A stretch of DNA of 64,000 nt, taken from assembly GCA_963700145.1 (NCBI GenBank), contig OY969474.1, positions 1,984,001 to 2,048,000 on the forward strand, in the 5' to 3' direction. This document shows positions 1 through 12,468 of this stretch, piece after piece. The translations under genes were made by a program, and so were the position numbers. The notes below the pieces were generated by a model. It was given only the letters and a program-made list of their open reading frames with translations, made no database searches and had not been told where the DNA came from. Each line of letters begins with the position of its first letter. The stretch's first letter is position 1. The stretch is from an uncultured Acidobacteriota bacterium. GTDB lineage: Bacteria; Acidobacteriota; Thermoanaerobaculia; Multivoradales; UBA5704.

Positions 1-45
1 CCGGCGCTCCCGCTTCTGCTTGGTCTTCTTGACGACGTGGTCCAT
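1..45 (-). CDS. rplR: 50S ribosomal protein L18, N-terminal fragment (runs off the window)
   Basis: ATG at 45 reads MDHVVKKTKQKRERR; lies directly after rplF, the canonical spc operon position. Confidence 0.7.
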   Translation of the reverse strand, partial: MDHVVKKTKQKRERR

Positions 46-65
46 GACACTCTATCTCCTCACCG

Positions 66-605
66 CTACTTGGCGCCGGCCTTGCCGACCTTCCGCTTGA
101 TCACCTCGTCGCTGTACTTGATGCCCTTGCCCTTGTAAGGGTCGGGCTTGCGCAAGCCGCGGATCTCGGCCGCGACCTGCCCGACCTGCTGGCGGTCGGC
201 GCCCGAGACGGTGATCCGGTTGTTCTTGTCGATCTCGATCTTGATTCCCTGCGGGATGTCGTAGAGCACCGGGTGCGAGTAGCCGAGCGCGAACTGCACC
301 TGGCTGCCCTTGACCTCGGCGCGGTAACCGACGCCGACGATGTCGAGCTGGCGCGTAAAGCCCGCCGACACCCCCAGCACCGCGTTGGCGAGGAGGGCCC
401 GCAGCAGGCCGTGCTTGGCACGGTCGGGCCCCTCGTCACCGGGACGCGCGACGGTGACCGTCCCGTCCTTGACCTCGACCGGGAAGCCGGCGAAGAGCGG
501 CTGCGAGACCTTCCCCTTCGGGCCCTCGGCGGTGAACCGGCCCTCCTTGACCTCGACCCGCGTCCCGCTGGGGACCGGGATCGGCATTTCTCCGATTCGC
601 GACAT
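66..605 (-). CDS. rplF: 50S ribosomal protein L6
   Basis: MSRIG start, GVGYRA, PDPYKGKGI motifs. Confidence 0.98.
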   Translation of the reverse strand: MSRIGEMPIPVPSGTRVEVKEGRFTAEGPKGKVSQPLFAGFPVEVKDGTVTVARPGDEGPDRAKHGLLRALLANAVLGVSAGFTRQLDIVGVGYRAEVKGSQVQFALGYSHPVLYDIPQGIKIEIDKNNRITVSGADRQQVGQVAAEIRGLRKPDPYKGKGIKYSDEVIKRKVGKAGAK

Positions 606-614
606 GGCCTTCTC

Positions 615-1013
615 CTACCAGACCTCGCAGAGCAGCTCGCCGCCGACCCGACGCTCGCGCGCCTGAGCGTCGGAGAGGAGCCCTTGCGACGTGGACACGA
701 TGCCGATCCCGAGGCCGCTGCGGATGGCCGGGAGCTCGTCGGCGTCGCGGTAGACGCGCCGCCCCGGCTTCGAGACCCGGCGCAGGTGGCTGATCGCCGG
801 CGCGCCCTGGGCGTCGTAGCGCAGGAAGACGCGCAGCGTGCCGGCGCCCTGCCCCTCGACGTGGCGGACGTCCTTGATGAAGCCCTGCTCCTTGAGGATG
901 CGGCAGATCTCCCCCTTCAGCCGCGAGGCGGGGAGGTCCAGCCGGTCCTTTTTCGCCAGGTGGGCGTTGCGGATCCGCGCCAGCAGGTCCGAGATCGGGT
1001 CGGTCGCGCTCAT
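615..1013 (-). CDS. rpsH: 30S ribosomal protein S8
   Basis: DPISDLLARIRNA, SKPGRRVY, GGELLCEVW. Confidence 0.98.
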   Translation of the reverse strand: MSATDPISDLLARIRNAHLAKKDRLDLPASRLKGEICRILKEQGFIKDVRHVEGQGAGTLRVFLRYDAQGAPAISHLRRVSKPGRRVYRDADELPAIRSGLGIGIVSTSQGLLSDAQARERRVGGELLCEVW

Positions 1014-1028
1014 TCTCTTCTCCTGTCC

Positions 1029-1214
1029 CTACCAGCTCGCCTTGACGACGCCGGGGAGGTAGCCCTGGAGCGCCAGGTCGCGCAGGTGGATGCGGCAGAG
1101 CCCGAACTTGCGGTAGTAGCCGCGCGGGCGGCCGCAGACGCGGCAGCGGTTGCGCTGGCGCCCCGCGAACTTCAGGGTCTTGCGGGTCTTCGCGATCTTC
1201 GCGGTGGTCGCCAC
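1029..1214 (-). CDS. rpsN: 30S ribosomal protein S14 (short Zn-type, CxxC...CxxH)
   Basis: GTG start at 1214 after an AGGAGGAG RBS gives 61 aa; [10 protein letters not shown]...LCRIH...PGVVKASW. Confidence 0.95.
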   Translation of the reverse strand: MATTAKIAKTRKTLKFAGRQRNRCRVCGRPRGYYRKFGLCRIHLRDLALQGYLPGVVKASW

Positions 1215-1230
1215 TCGGTCTCTCCTCCTA

Positions 1231-1250
1231 GGCGCGAAAGCTTTCGCGCC
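1231..1250. repeat. 20-bp perfect palindrome GGCGCGAAAGCTTTCGCGCC (REP-like), copy 1
   Basis: Read directly between rplE and rpsN; identical copy at 34839-34858. Confidence 0.85.
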
Positions 1251-1266
1251 GGGCTCCAATCAACTC

Positions 1267-1878
1267 TTACTTGGCGAACGGCATGCCGAGCTCGCGCAGC
1301 ATGAACAGAGCGCGCTCGTCGTTGCCGGCCGTCGTCACGATCGTGATGTTCAGCCCCTTGGACTTCTCGACCTTGTTGTAGTCGACCTCGGGGAAGATCA
1401 GGTGGTCGCGGACGCCCAGGGTGTAGTTGCCGCGGCCGTCGAAGCTGCGCGCCGAGACGCCGCGGAAGTCGCGCACGCGCGGCAGCGCCACCGAGATCAG
1501 CCGGTCGAGGAACTCCCACATGCGGTCGCCGCGCAGGGTGACGCGGGCGCCGATCGGCATCCCCTCGCGCACCTTGAAGGCGGCGATCGACTTGTGGGCG
1601 CGGGTGATCGCCGGCCGCTGGCCGGCGAGCGCCGCGATCTCCTCGACCGCGTCGTCGAGCACCTTGATGTTCGCGATCGCCTCCCCCACCCCCATGTTGA
1701 GGTTGATCTTCTCGATCCGGGGGACGGCCATCGTGTTGTCGATGCCGAACTCCTTCTGGAGCTTCGGCACGACGTCGTCGCGGTACTGCCGCTTCAGCCG
1801 CGGCAGGTAGTCCGCGGGCGGCCGGGCGGTCTCGCCCGTCGGCGCCAGCTTGGTGGATTCGACCTTCTTCTTCGCCAT
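1267..1878 (-). CDS. rplE: 50S ribosomal protein L5
   Basis: [30 protein letters not shown]; about 25-aa N-terminal extension. Confidence 0.98.
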   Translation of the reverse strand: MAKKKVESTKLAPTGETARPPADYLPRLKRQYRDDVVPKLQKEFGIDNTMAVPRIEKINLNMGVGEAIANIKVLDDAVEEIAALAGQRPAITRAHKSIAAFKVREGMPIGARVTLRGDRMWEFLDRLISVALPRVRDFRGVSARSFDGRGNYTLGVRDHLIFPEVDYNKVEKSKGLNITIVTTAGNDERALFMLRELGMPFAK

Positions 1879-1897
1879 GGCTCTTTCTCTCAGCGGC

Positions 1898-2221
1898 TCA
1901 ACCGAAGGTGGCGCCGCACTTCTTGCACACCCGCGCGCCGCGGCCGTCTTCCAGCCGCTTGTGCCCCAGCCGGGTGGGCTCGCCGCACTCCGGGCAGACC
2001 ACCATCAGGTTGGCGACCCGGATCGGCGCTTCGCGCTCCAGGATGCCCCCCTGGATCCCCTTCTGGGGATTGGGGCGGGTGTGCTTCTTGATCATGTTGA
2101 CCCGCTCGACGACCGCTTTGCCGGACGCCGGCAGGACGCGCAGCACCTTGCCGCGCGAGCCGCGGTCGGCGCCGGAGATCACCAGCACCTGGTCGTTTCT
2201 CTTCACGTGCAGCTTCGACAT
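1898..2221 (-). CDS. rplX: 50S ribosomal protein L24
   Basis: KOW-like segment [20 protein letters not shown]. Confidence 0.97.
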   Translation of the reverse strand: MSKLHVKRNDQVLVISGADRGSRGKVLRVLPASGKAVVERVNMIKKHTRPNPQKGIQGGILEREAPIRVANLMVVCPECGEPTRLGHKRLEDGRGARVCKKCGATFG

Positions 2222-2222
2222 G

Positions 2223-2591
2223 TCAGATCACCTCCGGCGCCAGCGACACGATCTTCATGAAGCGGCGCTCGCGCAGCTCGCGCGCCACCGGGCCGAAGAC
2301 GCGGGTGCCGATCGGCTCGCCGGCGTCCGAGACCAGCACCGCGGAGTTGGTGTCGAAGCGGATGTAGCTCCCGTCCCGGCGCCGCTGCTCCTTGACGGTG
2401 CGCACGATGACCGCCTTGACCACCTGCCCCTTCTTGACCGTCCCGTCCGGCGACGCCTCTTTGACCGAGGCCGTGATGACGTCCCCCAGCCGGCCGTACT
2501 GCCCCGAGGAGCCGCCGCGCAGGTGGATGCAGGCGATCTTCTTGGCGCCCGAGTTGTCGGCGACGTCCAGCACCGTTCCCATCTGGATCAT
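2223..2591 (-). CDS. rplN: 50S ribosomal protein L14
   Basis: MIQ...[28 protein letters not shown]. Confidence 0.98.
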   Translation of the reverse strand: MIQMGTVLDVADNSGAKKIACIHLRGGSSGQYGRLGDVITASVKEASPDGTVKKGQVVKAVIVRTVKEQRRRDGSYIRFDTNSAVLVSDAGEPIGTRVFGPVARELRERRFMKIVSLAPEVI

Positions 2592-2599
2592 GGCGTCAC

Positions 2600-2920
2600 C
2601 TACTCGGCCCGCTTCAGGATCTCGCGCACCCGCCAGCGCTTGCTGTGGGAGAGCGGCCGCGAGGAGACGATCTCGACCAGGTCACCGACCCGGCACTCGT
2701 TCTTCTCGTCGTGGGCGGCGAACTTCGAGGTCCGCTTCAAGGCCCGCTGGTAGAGCCGGTGGGTGACGGCAGTGCCCACCGCCACGATCACCGTCTTGTC
2801 CATCTTGTCGCTGACCACCTTTCCCACCTTGACCTGCCGGCGGCCACGTCCCGCAGCGGCGGGCTGCACGGCGGCCTCCTCGGTCGGGGTCGTCTCGGTC
2901 GTCTCCGTCGTCTCAACCAT
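2600..2920 (-). CDS. rpsQ: 30S ribosomal protein S17
   Basis: [26 protein letters not shown]; Thr/Glu-rich N-terminal extension. Confidence 0.97.
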   Translation of the reverse strand: MVETTETTETTPTEEAAVQPAAAGRGRRQVKVGKVVSDKMDKTVIVAVGTAVTHRLYQRALKRTSKFAAHDEKNECRVGDLVEIVSSRPLSHSKRWRVREILKRAE

Positions 2921-2932
2921 CTCCAGCCCTCC

Positions 2933-3133
2933 CTACTTCCCGGCCTTCTCGCCGAGCACGGTCAGCACGCGGGCGAGGTCCTTGCGCACCTGCCGCACGC
3001 GCGACGGCTTCTCGAGCTGCCCCGTGACCTTCTGCAGGCGCAGCGCGAAGAGCTGCTCCGAGAGGTCCCGCTCGCGCTCGTGCAGCTCCTCGACCGTGCG
3101 GTCGCGGAGCTCGACTGCCTTCATCCCCTTCAT
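2933..3133 (-). CDS. rpmC: 50S ribosomal protein L29
   Basis: MKAVELR...LFALRLQ...VRKDLARVLTVL; start may be 3124. Confidence 0.95.
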   Translation of the reverse strand: MKGMKAVELRDRTVEELHERERDLSEQLFALRLQKVTGQLEKPSRVRQVRKDLARVLTVLGEKAGK

Positions 3134-3137
3134 CGCC

Positions 3138-3557
3138 TTACCTCAACGCCTCGTGGCGCGACAGGAACCGCGTCTTGACCGGCAGCTTGTGGGCCGCCAG
3201 CTTCATCGCCTGCTCGGCGACCTCGTGGGTCACCCCTTCGAGCTCGTAGAGGATGCGGGCCGGCTTGACCACCGCCACCCACTCCTCGGGGTTGCCCTTC
3301 CCCTTGCCCATGCGGGTCTCGAGCGGCTTCTTGGTGATCGGCTTGTCCGGGAAGACCCGGATCCAGAGCTTGCCGCCGCGCTTGACCGCGCGGCTGATCG
3401 CGATGCGCGCCGCCTCGATCTGCCGCGCCGTCACCCAACCCGCCTCGACCGCCTGCAGGGCGTAATCGCCGAAAGCGATGTAGTCGCCCCCCTTGGCGTT
3501 GCCCGAGCGGCGGCCGCGCTGCTGCTTCCTGTACTTGACCTTCTTCGGCATCAACAT
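3138..3557 (-). CDS. rplP: 50S ribosomal protein L16
   Basis: [23 protein letters not shown]. Confidence 0.98.
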   Translation of the reverse strand: MLMPKKVKYRKQQRGRRSGNAKGGDYIAFGDYALQAVEAGWVTARQIEAARIAISRAVKRGGKLWIRVFPDKPITKKPLETRMGKGKGNPEEWVAVVKPARILYELEGVTHEVAEQAMKLAAHKLPVKTRFLSRHEALR

Positions 3558-3588
3558 GGACGTGATTCCTCAGTGCCTTGGCGCGCCC

Positions 3589-4239
3589 CTAGGCTGTGGC
3601 GCGGCGGCTCTTCTCCTTGAGCAGGTCGCCCTTGTAGACCCAGACCTTGACGCCGATGACGCCGTAGGTGGTGCGCGCCTCGGCGAGGCCGTAGTCGATG
3701 TCGGCTTTCAGGGTGTGGAGCGGCAGCCGCCCCTCCTGGTACCACTCCGAGCGCGCGATCTCGGCGCCGCCGAGGCGGCCGGCGACCATGATCTTGACCC
3801 CCTTGGCGCCGAAGCGGAAGGCCGACTCCATGGCCTTCTTCATCGCCCGGCGGAAGGAGACGCGGCGCACCAGCTGGCCGGCGATCGACTCGGCGACGAG
3901 CTGGGCGTCGAGCTCCGGGCGCTGGATCTCCTGGATGTTGATGTGCACCTCGCGCCCCATCTGCTTCATCAGGTCGTCGCGCAGCTTGTCGACCTCGGCG
4001 CCGCGGCGGCCGATGATGATCCCCGGCCGCGAGGTGTAGATCGTCACCCGCAGCTTGTCGGCGGCGCGCTCGATGTCGATCTCCGACACGCCGGCGTGCC
4101 CCAGCCGCGCCTTGAGCTGCTTGCGCAGCGCCAGGTCCTGGTGCAGCGTGTCGGCGTAGTTGCTCTCGCCGTACCAGCGGGAGTGCCAGGTCTTGTTGTA
4201 GATCAGGCGGAAGCCGTACGGGTGCGTTTTCTGGCCCAC
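3589..4239 (-). CDS. rpsC: 30S ribosomal protein S3
   Basis: [29 protein letters not shown]. Confidence 0.98.
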   Translation of the reverse strand: MGQKTHPYGFRLIYNKTWHSRWYGESNYADTLHQDLALRKQLKARLGHAGVSEIDIERAADKLRVTIYTSRPGIIIGRRGAEVDKLRDDLMKQMGREVHINIQEIQRPELDAQLVAESIAGQLVRRVSFRRAMKKAMESAFRFGAKGVKIMVAGRLGGAEIARSEWYQEGRLPLHTLKADIDYGLAEARTTYGVIGVKVWVYKGDLLKEKSRRATA

Positions 4240-4589
4240 TAGGTCGTCCCCTTGCGCGTGTCGAGCTTGATCTTGATGTGGCTGTACCGCCGCACGATGC
4301 GGAAGGCGCGTCCCATCGGCGCCGGCCGCACCCGCTTGAGCACCGGGCCGCCGTCGACCGTGATCTCCTTGACGTAGAGCCGGTCCACGTCCACCTTGTC
4401 CTCCCGGTTCTCGGCGTTGGCGATCGCCGACTTGAGCACCTTGCGCAGGTGCTGGGCCGCCACCCGGCGGGGAGTGGCCTCGAGGAGGTTCACCGCCTCC
4501 TGCACCCCCTTGCCGCGGATCAGGTCGGCCACCAGGCGCATCTTCTGCGCCGAGCCCGGGGCGAAGCGAAGCAGCGCTGTGACTTCCAT
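4239..4589 (-). CDS. rplV: 50S ribosomal protein L22
   Basis: [28 protein letters not shown]. Confidence 0.97.
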   Translation of the reverse strand: MEVTALLRFAPGSAQKMRLVADLIRGKGVQEAVNLLEATPRRVAAQHLRKVLKSAIANAENREDKVDVDRLYVKEITVDGGPVLKRVRPAPMGRAFRIVRRYSHIKIKLDTRKGTT

Positions 4590-4619
4590 CGTGCGTTTCC
4601 TCTCGTCTCGCGCCGCGCC

Positions 4620-4913
4620 CTAAGTCCGGGGCTTCGCGCCCTTCTCGGCGGCCTTCTTGCCGCTGTGGCCGCGAAAGGTCCGCGTCATCGCGAACTCGCC
4701 GAGCTTGTGGCCGACCATGTTCTCGCTGACGTAGACCGGGATGAACTTCGACCCGTTGTGCACCGCCAGGGTGTGCCCCACCATCTCGGGGATCACCGTC
4801 GAGCGGCGCGACCAGGTGCGGATCACCCGCTTGGTCCCGGCGTTGTTCATCGCATCCACTTTGGCCCGCAGGTGGTCGTCGATGAAATAGCCCTTCTTGA
4901 GCGATCTGGACAT
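4620..4913 (-). CDS. rpsS: 30S ribosomal protein S19
   Basis: [21 protein letters not shown]. Confidence 0.98.
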   Translation of the reverse strand: MSRSLKKGYFIDDHLRAKVDAMNNAGTKRVIRTWSRRSTVIPEMVGHTLAVHNGSKFIPVYVSENMVGHKLGEFAMTRTFRGHSGKKAAEKGAKPRT

Positions 4914-4928
4914 GGCGCCTCTCCGTCC

Positions 4929-5756
4929 CTACTTCTGGTTCCGCCGGCGCACGATCATCGGCGTCGTGCGCTTGTTGTTGCGGGTCTTGAACCCCTTGGT
5001 CGGCACGCCCCAGGGAGTCGTGGGGTGGCGGCCGCCGGAGGTGCGCCCCTCGCCGCCGCCCATCGGGTGGTCCACCGGGTTCATCGAAACGCCGCGGTTG
5101 TGCGGCCGCCGCCCGAGCCAGCGCTTCCGGCCCGCCTTGCCGATCGAGACGTTCTCGTGCTCGAGGTTCCCGACCTGCCCCACCGTGGCGTAGCAGTCGA
5201 CGTGCACCCGCCGCACCTCGCCCGAAGGCAGCTTGATCTGCGCCCAGGAGCCGTCGCGCGCCATGAGCTGGGCGCCGGCGCCGGCGCTGCGCACCATCTG
5301 GCCGCCCTTGCCGATCTTGAGCTCGATGTTGTGGATCACCGTGCCCAGCGGGATGCGGCGCAGCGGCAGCGCGTTGCCGACGTTGACCTCGGCGGTCTCC
5401 CCGGCCACCACCTCGGTGCCCACGGCCAAGCCGTTCGGCCAGATGATGTAGCGCTTCTCGCCGTCGGCGTAGTGCAGCAGAGCGATCCGCGCCGAGCGGT
5501 TGGGGTCGTACTCGACCGAGGCGACCTTCGCCGGCACGCCGTGCTTGTCGCGCTTGAAGTCGATCGTCCGGTAGCGCCGCTTGTGGCCGCCGCCGCGGAA
5601 CCAGGAGGTGAGCTGCCCCTGATTGTTGCGGCCGCCGGACCGGCCCTTCCCCTTCACCAGCGGCTTGTGCGGCTCCGAGCGGGTGATCTCCTCGAACCCG
5701 AGGTGGCTCTGGAACCGGCTCGCCGGGTTGGTCGGCTTACGTTCTTTGATGCCCAT
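4929..5756 (-). CDS. rplB: 50S ribosomal protein L2
   Basis: [25 protein letters not shown]. Confidence 0.98.
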   Translation of the reverse strand: MGIKERKPTNPASRFQSHLGFEEITRSEPHKPLVKGKGRSGGRNNQGQLTSWFRGGGHKRRYRTIDFKRDKHGVPAKVASVEYDPNRSARIALLHYADGEKRYIIWPNGLAVGTEVVAGETAEVNVGNALPLRRIPLGTVIHNIELKIGKGGQMVRSAGAGAQLMARDGSWAQIKLPSGEVRRVHVDCYATVGQVGNLEHENVSIGKAGRKRWLGRRPHNRGVSMNPVDHPMGGGEGRTSGGRHPTTPWGVPTKGFKTRNNKRTTPMIVRRRNQK

Positions 5757-5774
5757 GTCGACTCCTAGACGTTC

Positions 5775-6065
5775 CTAGACGCTCTCGAAGAACTCGATCG
5801 GCTGCTCGCCCTCGGCGAGCCGCACGTAGGCCTTCTTCCAGTCCGGCTTGCGGCCGGCGTAGCGCCCCTGGCGCCTGGTCTTGCCGTGCATGTTGGCGAT
5901 CCGCACCTCGGCCACCTTGCGCTTGAAGTGGTGCTCGACCGCGCGCTTGACGTCGATCTTGTTGGCGTCGCGGTGGACCTCGAAGGCGACGACGTTGCGC
6001 TCGTCGCGCTGGCCGGTCGACTTCTCGGTGATCAACGGCCGGCGGATGATGTCGGTGATCCTCAT
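5775..6065 (-). CDS. rplW: 50S ribosomal protein L23
   Basis: ATG at 6065 overlapping the rplD stop; [16 protein letters not shown]. Confidence 0.96.
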   Translation of the reverse strand: MRITDIIRRPLITEKSTGQRDERNVVAFEVHRDANKIDVKRAVEHHFKRKVAEVRIANMHGKTRRQGRYAGRKPDWKKAYVRLAEGEQPIEFFESV

Positions 6066-6685
6066 TTGTCGAGCACCTCCACCAGCCGGCCCAGGGCGTC
6101 CGCGGAGAGCACCAGGTAGCCGCGGGCGACGACGTCGTAGACGTTGACGCCCAGGGCGTCCACCGTCTTGAGCGCCCGGTTGTTGCGCGCCGCGAGCTGG
6201 AGGTTCTGGTTGTCGCGGCTGTCGACCACCAGGGCCTTGCCGTCGATCCCCAGCCCCGACAGGCTCCGCGCCAGGTCCTTCGTCTTGTGGCCCTCGAGCT
6301 CGAGGCTGTCGAGCACCAGGATGCGGTCCTCGGCGAGCTTCCGCGACAGCGCGGACTTGAGGGCGTTCTTCTTCTCCCGCACCGAAAGGTCCTTCTCGTA
6401 GCTCCGCGGCACCGGCCCGTGGACCGTGCCCCCCTTGCGCCACTTGGGATTGCGGATGTCGCCGGTGCGGGCGCGGCCGGTCCCCTTCTGGCGCCAGAGC
6501 TTGCGGCCCGAGCCCGAGACCTCGTCGCGGGTCTTGGTCTTGTGGGTGCCGCGCCGGCGCGCCGCCAGCACCGCCTGCACCGCCTCGTGGATCAGGTGCT
6601 CGTTGTAGGGGTACGAGAACACCGAGTCCGGCAGCTCGACCTCCCGCACCTGCTCGTTGGCGAAGTTCTTGACCCAGGTCTTCAT
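6062..6685 (-). CDS. rplD: 50S ribosomal protein L4
   Basis: [25 protein letters not shown]. Confidence 0.97.
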   Translation of the reverse strand: MKTWVKNFANEQVREVELPDSVFSYPYNEHLIHEAVQAVLAARRRGTHKTKTRDEVSGSGRKLWRQKGTGRARTGDIRNPKWRKGGTVHGPVPRSYEKDLSVREKKNALKSALSRKLAEDRILVLDSLELEGHKTKDLARSLSGLGIDGKALVVDSRDNQNLQLAARNNRALKTVDALGVNVYDVVARGYLVLSADALGRLVEVLDK

Positions 6686-6688
6686 CGC

Positions 6689-7318
6689 CTAGCCCTTCTT
6701 GGCCCGATGGATCGTCAGGTAGCTGTTCTTGGCCCCCGGCACGGCGCCCCGCAGGTAGATCAGGTTCTGCTCGCCGTCCACCTTGACCACCTGGAGGTTC
6801 TTGACCGTGACCCGCTCGCCGCCCATGCGGCCGCCGGAGCGCATGCCCGGGAAGACCCGCGACGGATAGGCCGAGGAGCCGATCGAGCCCGGGGCGCGGT
6901 GGAACATCGAGCCGTGGGAGGCGCGGCCGCCGGCGAAGCCGTGGCGCTTGACCACTCCCTGGTAGCCCTTGCCCTTGCTCGTCGAGACCACGTCCACGTA
7001 CTCCTTCTCGGCGAAGATCGTGGCCTTGACCTCGTCGCCCGGGTTGGCGTCCTCGCCGGCGCCCAGACGGAACTCGGCCAGCCGCCGCATCGGCGGCACG
7101 CCCGCCTTCTTGAACTGCCCGGCGCGCGGCATCGAGACCTTCTTGGCCGGCCGCTCCTCGACGAGGCCGACCTGCACCGCCTCGTAGCCGTCGGCGGCGG
7201 CGGTCTTGCGCTGCACCACCAGACAGGGGCCGGCCTTGACCACGGTGACCGGCACGGCCGTGCCGTCCTCGCCGTAGATCTGGGTCATCCCCAGCTTCTT
7301 GCCCAGGATCCCTTGCAT
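6689..7318 (-). CDS. rplC: 50S ribosomal protein L3
   Basis: [22 protein letters not shown]. Confidence 0.98.
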   Translation of the reverse strand: MQGILGKKLGMTQIYGEDGTAVPVTVVKAGPCLVVQRKTAAADGYEAVQVGLVEERPAKKVSMPRAGQFKKAGVPPMRRLAEFRLGAGEDANPGDEVKATIFAEKEYVDVVSTSKGKGYQGVVKRHGFAGGRASHGSMFHRAPGSIGSSAYPSRVFPGMRSGGRMGGERVTVKNLQVVKVDGEQNLIYLRGAVPGAKNSYLTIHRAKKG

Positions 7319-7327
7319 CGCCGTCCT

Positions 7328-7645
<318 letters not shown>

Positions 7646-7681
7646 TGCTCCCTCTTTCGCGCGCTAAACCCTAAGAACGTC

Positions 7682-8875
7682 CTACTTGACGATGTCCGTC
7701 ACGGTGCCGGCGCCGACGGTGCGCCCTCCCTCGCGGATGGCGAACCGCACACCCTTCTCCATCGCGATCGGCGCGATCAGCTCCACCTCCAGGTTCACGT
7801 TGTCCCCCGGCATCACCATCTCCGTCCCCTCCGGCAGCTGCGCCACACCCGTCACGTCCGTCGTCCGGAAGTAAAACTGCGGCCGGTAGCCATTGAAAAA
7901 CGGCGTGTGCCGTCCACCCTCCTCCTTGGTCAGGATGTAGACCTCGCCCTTGAACTTCGTGTGCGGCGTGATCGAACCCGGCTTGGCCAGCACCTGCCCC
8001 CGCTCCACGTCGTCCTTCTTCGTGCCCCGAAGCAAGACCCCGATGTTGTCCCCCGCCTGCCCCTGGTCCAGGAGCTTGCGGAACATCTCGACGCCGGTGA
8101 CCACCGTCTTCGTCGTCGGCCGGATCCCCACGATCTCCACCTCGTCGCCCACCTTGACGATCCCCCGCTCCACCCGACCCGTCACCACCGTCCCCCGGCC
8201 CGCGATCGAAAAGATGTCCTCGATCGGCATCAGGAATGGCTTCTCGATGGCCCGCTCCGGCAGCGGAATGTAGCTGTCGACCGAGCCGATCAGCTCCATG
8301 ATCTTCTGCCCCGCCTCGCTCTCCGGGTCCCCGCTCTCCAGGGCCTTCAAGGCCGAACCCCGGATGATCGGGATGTCGTCGCCCGGAAAGTCGTAGGAGC
8401 TGAGCAGCTCCCGAAGCTCCAGCTCGACGAGGTCGAGCAGCTCCGGGTCGTCCACCATGTCCACCTTGTTGAGGAAGACGACCATCGACGGCACGCCCAC
8501 CTGCCGTGCCAGCAGGATGTGCTCCCGCGTCTGCGGCATCGGACCGTCCGCGGCCGAGACCACCAGGATCGCACCGTCCATCTGCGCCGCCCCGGTGATC
8601 ATGTTCTTGACGTAGTCCGCGTGTCCCGGGCAGTCCACGTGCGCGTAGTGCCGATTGTCGCTCGCGTACTCCACGTGCGCCGTCGCGATCGTGATCCCGC
8701 GCTCCCGCTCTTCGGGGGCCTTGTCGATCTGGTCGAACGCCACGAAGCTCGCCAGGCCCTTCTTCGCCAACACCTTCGTGATCGCCGCCGTCAACGTCGT
8801 CTTGCCGTGGTCCACGTGGCCAATTGTCCCCACGTTGACGTGCGGCTTCGTCCGCTCGAACTTCTCCTTGCCCAT
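7682..8875 (-). CDS. tuf: Elongation factor Tu
   Basis: [20 protein letters not shown] motifs. Confidence 0.99.
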   Translation of the reverse strand: MGKEKFERTKPHVNVGTIGHVDHGKTTLTAAITKVLAKKGLASFVAFDQIDKAPEERERGITIATAHVEYASDNRHYAHVDCPGHADYVKNMITGAAQMDGAILVVSAADGPMPQTREHILLARQVGVPSMVVFLNKVDMVDDPELLDLVELELRELLSSYDFPGDDIPIIRGSALKALESGDPESEAGQKIMELIGSVDSYIPLPERAIEKPFLMPIEDIFSIAGRGTVVTGRVERGIVKVGDEVEIVGIRPTTKTVVTGVEMFRKLLDQGQAGDNIGVLLRGTKKDDVERGQVLAKPGSITPHTKFKGEVYILTKEEGGRHTPFFNGYRPQFYFRTTDVTGVAQLPEGTEMVMPGDNVNLEVELIAPIAMEKGVRFAIREGGRTVGAGTVTDIVK

Positions 8876-8887
8876 GGTCTCTCTCTC

Positions 8888-10963
8888 CTAGCCCGCCGCC
8901 TTGGCGACGACTTCCTCACTGACGTTCTTGGGCGCCTGCTCGTAGGCGGCGAACTGCATGCTGTAGTTGGCCCGCCCCTGCGACTCCGAGCGCAGGTCGG
9001 TGGCGTAGCCGAACATCTCCGCCAGCGGCACGCGGCAGGTGATGACCTGGACGCTGCCGCGCGCTTCCATCTGCTGGATGCGGCCGCGGCGCGAGGTGAT
9101 GTCGCCGATGATCTCCCCCATGTACTCCTCGGGGGTGACCACCTCGACCGCCATGATCGGCTCCATCAGCACCGGCCGGGCGCGCTTGCAGGCGTCCTGG
9201 AAGGCCATCGAGCCGGCGATCTTGAAGGCGATCTCCGAGGAGTCCACCTCGTGGAAGCTGCCCTCGTAGAGGTCCACCTCGATGCCGGTCGTGGGGTACC
9301 CGGCGACCGGCCCCGTCTCCATCGCCTCGCGGATGCCCTGGTCGATCGGCTTGATGAACTCGCGGGGGATGGAGCCGCCGACGATCTTGTTGTTGAAGAG
9401 GTAGTCCCCCTCGGCGAGCGGGCGGATGCGGATCTTGGCGTGCCCGTACTGGCCGCGGCCGCCGGTCTGCTTGACGTAGCGCCCCTCCCCCTCGGCCTCG
9501 GCGGTGATCGTCTCGCGGTACGCCACCTGGGGGCGCCCGACGTTGGCGCCGACGTTGAACTCGCGCACCAGCCGGTCGGTGATGATCTCGAGGTGCAGCT
9601 CCCCCATCCCGGCGATGATCGTCTGGCCGGTCTCCGGGTCGGTGTGGACGCGGAAGGTGGGGTCCTCCTGCATGAGCTTCCCGAGGGCGACTGAGAGCTT
9701 CTCCTGGTCCGCCTTAGTCTTGGGCTCGATCGAGACCGCGATGACCGGCTCGGGGAAGCTCATCGCCTCCAGCGCCACCGGGTGCTTGGGGTCGCAGATC
9801 GTGTCGCCGGTGGTGACGTTCTTGAGCCCCACGGCGGCGGCGATGTCGCCCGCCCAGACCTCCGAGATCTCCTCGCGCTTGTTGGCGTGCATCTTGAGGA
9901 GGCGGCCGATCCGCTCGTTGCTGCCGCGCTTGACGTTCATGACCGGCTGCCCGGACTCGATGTGCCCCGAGTAGACGCGGAAGTAGGCGAGGTGCCCGAC
10001 GAAGGGGTCGGTCATGATCTTGAAGACCAGCGCGGCGAACGGCTCGGCGTCGGCCGCCTGGCGGACGATCGTCTGCTCGCTGTGCGGGTCGAGCCCTTCC
10101 ATCGGCGGCACGTCGAGCGGCGAGGGGAGGTAGTCCACGACCGCGTCGAGCAGCGGCTGCACGCCCTTGTTCTTGAAGGCGCTGCCGCAGATGACCGGCT
10201 GCAGCTGCCCGGCCACCGTGGCGCGCCGCAGGCCGGCCTTGAGCTCGTCGTTGGTGACCTCCTCGCCCGAGAGGTACTTCTCGAGCAGCTGCTCGTCGGT
10301 CTCGGCGATCGCCTCGACCATCTGCTCGCGCGCCTTGTGGGCGCGGTCGAGGTGCTCCTCGGGGATGTCCACCAGCTCGTAGTCGGCGCCCAGGGTCTCG
10401 TCCTTGTAGAAGATCCCCTTCATCGCCACCAGGTCGATGACGCCGCGGAAGTTCTCCTCGCGCCCCCAGGGGAGCTGGATCGGCACCGGATGGGCGTTGA
10501 GGCGCGTGCGCATCATCGCCACGCAGCGCTCGAAATCGGCGCCGACGCGGTCCATCTTGTTGACGAAGGCGATGCGCGGCACCCGATACCGGTCGGCCTG
10601 GCGCCACACCGTCTCCGACTGCGGCTCGACGCCGGCGACGGCGTCGAACACCGCCACCGCGCCGTCGAGGACGCGCAGCGACCGCTCGACCTCGGCCGTG
10701 AAGTCGACGTGGCCGGGGGTGTCGATGATGTTGATCCGGTGGTTCCGCCAGAAGCAGGTGGTGGCCGCCGAGGTGATCGTGATGCCGCGCTCCTGCTCCT
10801 GCACCATCCAGTCCATGGTCGCGGTCCCCTCGTGGACCTCGCCGATCTTGTAGTTGACCCCGGTGTAGAAGAGGATCCGCTCGGTGGTGGTCGTCTTCCC
10901 GGCATCGATGTGGGCCATGATGCCGATGTTCCGGGTGTCGCTGAGGGGAGATTGCCGTGCCAT
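8888..10963 (-). CDS. fusA: Elongation factor G
   Basis: [29 protein letters not shown]. Confidence 0.99.
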   Translation of the reverse strand: MARQSPLSDTRNIGIMAHIDAGKTTTTERILFYTGVNYKIGEVHEGTATMDWMVQEQERGITITSAATTCFWRNHRINIIDTPGHVDFTAEVERSLRVLDGAVAVFDAVAGVEPQSETVWRQADRYRVPRIAFVNKMDRVGADFERCVAMMRTRLNAHPVPIQLPWGREENFRGVIDLVAMKGIFYKDETLGADYELVDIPEEHLDRAHKAREQMVEAIAETDEQLLEKYLSGEEVTNDELKAGLRRATVAGQLQPVICGSAFKNKGVQPLLDAVVDYLPSPLDVPPMEGLDPHSEQTIVRQAADAEPFAALVFKIMTDPFVGHLAYFRVYSGHIESGQPVMNVKRGSNERIGRLLKMHANKREEISEVWAGDIAAAVGLKNVTTGDTICDPKHPVALEAMSFPEPVIAVSIEPKTKADQEKLSVALGKLMQEDPTFRVHTDPETGQTIIAGMGELHLEIITDRLVREFNVGANVGRPQVAYRETITAEAEGEGRYVKQTGGRGQYGHAKIRIRPLAEGDYLFNNKIVGGSIPREFIKPIDQGIREAMETGPVAGYPTTGIEVDLYEGSFHEVDSSEIAFKIAGSMAFQDACKRARPVLMEPIMAVEVVTPEEYMGEIIGDITSRRGRIQQMEARGSVQVITCRVPLAEMFGYATDLRSESQGRANYSMQFAAYEQAPKNVSEEVVAKAAG

Positions 10964-11004
10964 GGTCGTAACTCGGAGCTAGGTTTCGCCGATCGCCTTT
11001 CTGC

Positions 11005-11896
<892 letters not shown>

Positions 11897-12087
11897 GCCT
11901 CGTAGCTCTCCTCAGGGGCCCCTCGGCCCCGCTCGTCCCCGCCGCCGCAAACAGAGCGGCGCGCCCCCTACCGTCGAGGGCGCCCGACGAGAACACTCTT
12001 CCCCTGAACCCAAGTTCAGAGATTGGTTACGGACGAAACGACCCCGCCCCGGTCCCGGGCGGGACCCTCGGCGGCGAAAACCCGCGG

Positions 12088-12117
12088 ATCGTAGCAGAGG
12101 CTAGGGCGCCCCGTCAA
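12088..12117 (-). promoter_or_regulatory. Putative sigma70 promoter of the str operon (proximal)
   Basis: Minus strand TTGACG-N18-TACGAT with extended -10 TG, about 190 nt upstream of rpsL. Confidence 0.55.
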
Positions 12118-12157
12118 ACCGGGAGCCGAGGGCCGGAGGCCGTCAGCGGGAGGGCGG

Positions 12158-12187
12158 AGTATAGGGGGAAGAGAAGGGCGGGCGCAA
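12158..12187 (-). promoter_or_regulatory. Putative sigma70 promoter of the str operon (distal)
   Basis: Minus strand TTGCGC-N18-TATACT. Confidence 0.5.
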
Positions 12188-12310
12188 GGGATGTCCCCTG
12201 GGTGGCGGAAATGCGGCAGGTTGGGCCGCCGAGCTCACAACGGGCGCCGGAAACGGACAGCATCAGGGCGGCACCAGGGACTCGCCACGGTCGGACATAG
12301 GCAGGCCGGA

Positions 12311-12335
12311 GTGGGCGCGAGGTTTACGCGCCCAC
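12311..12335. terminator. Stem-loop between the low-GC block and the rpsL promoters (possible terminator)
   Basis: GTGGGCGCG-7 nt-CGCGCCCAC 9-bp stem; no U-tract. Confidence 0.35.
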
Positions 12336-12468
12336 CAACCGAACGCTTAAACTGCCTTCGTCATTATCCGATTCAAATACATTTGCCATCCTACCTGACC
12401 GCTTGCAGATGCCACCGGTGTCAGGCTTCTGAGGTTACGCAAGAACTTCGACACAAGCCCCGCACACC

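Noticed and set aside
7682-8875. tuf shows somewhat different synonymous codon choices from its neighbours
   Set aside because: By-eye impression only; explainable by high expression or homogenization with a second tuf copy.
12324-12389. 21-codon minus-strand ORF MANVFESDNDEGSLSVRLVGA, superficially like a tmRNA tag
   Set aside because: No tRNA-like ends or other tmRNA structure, and too short to support as a gene.
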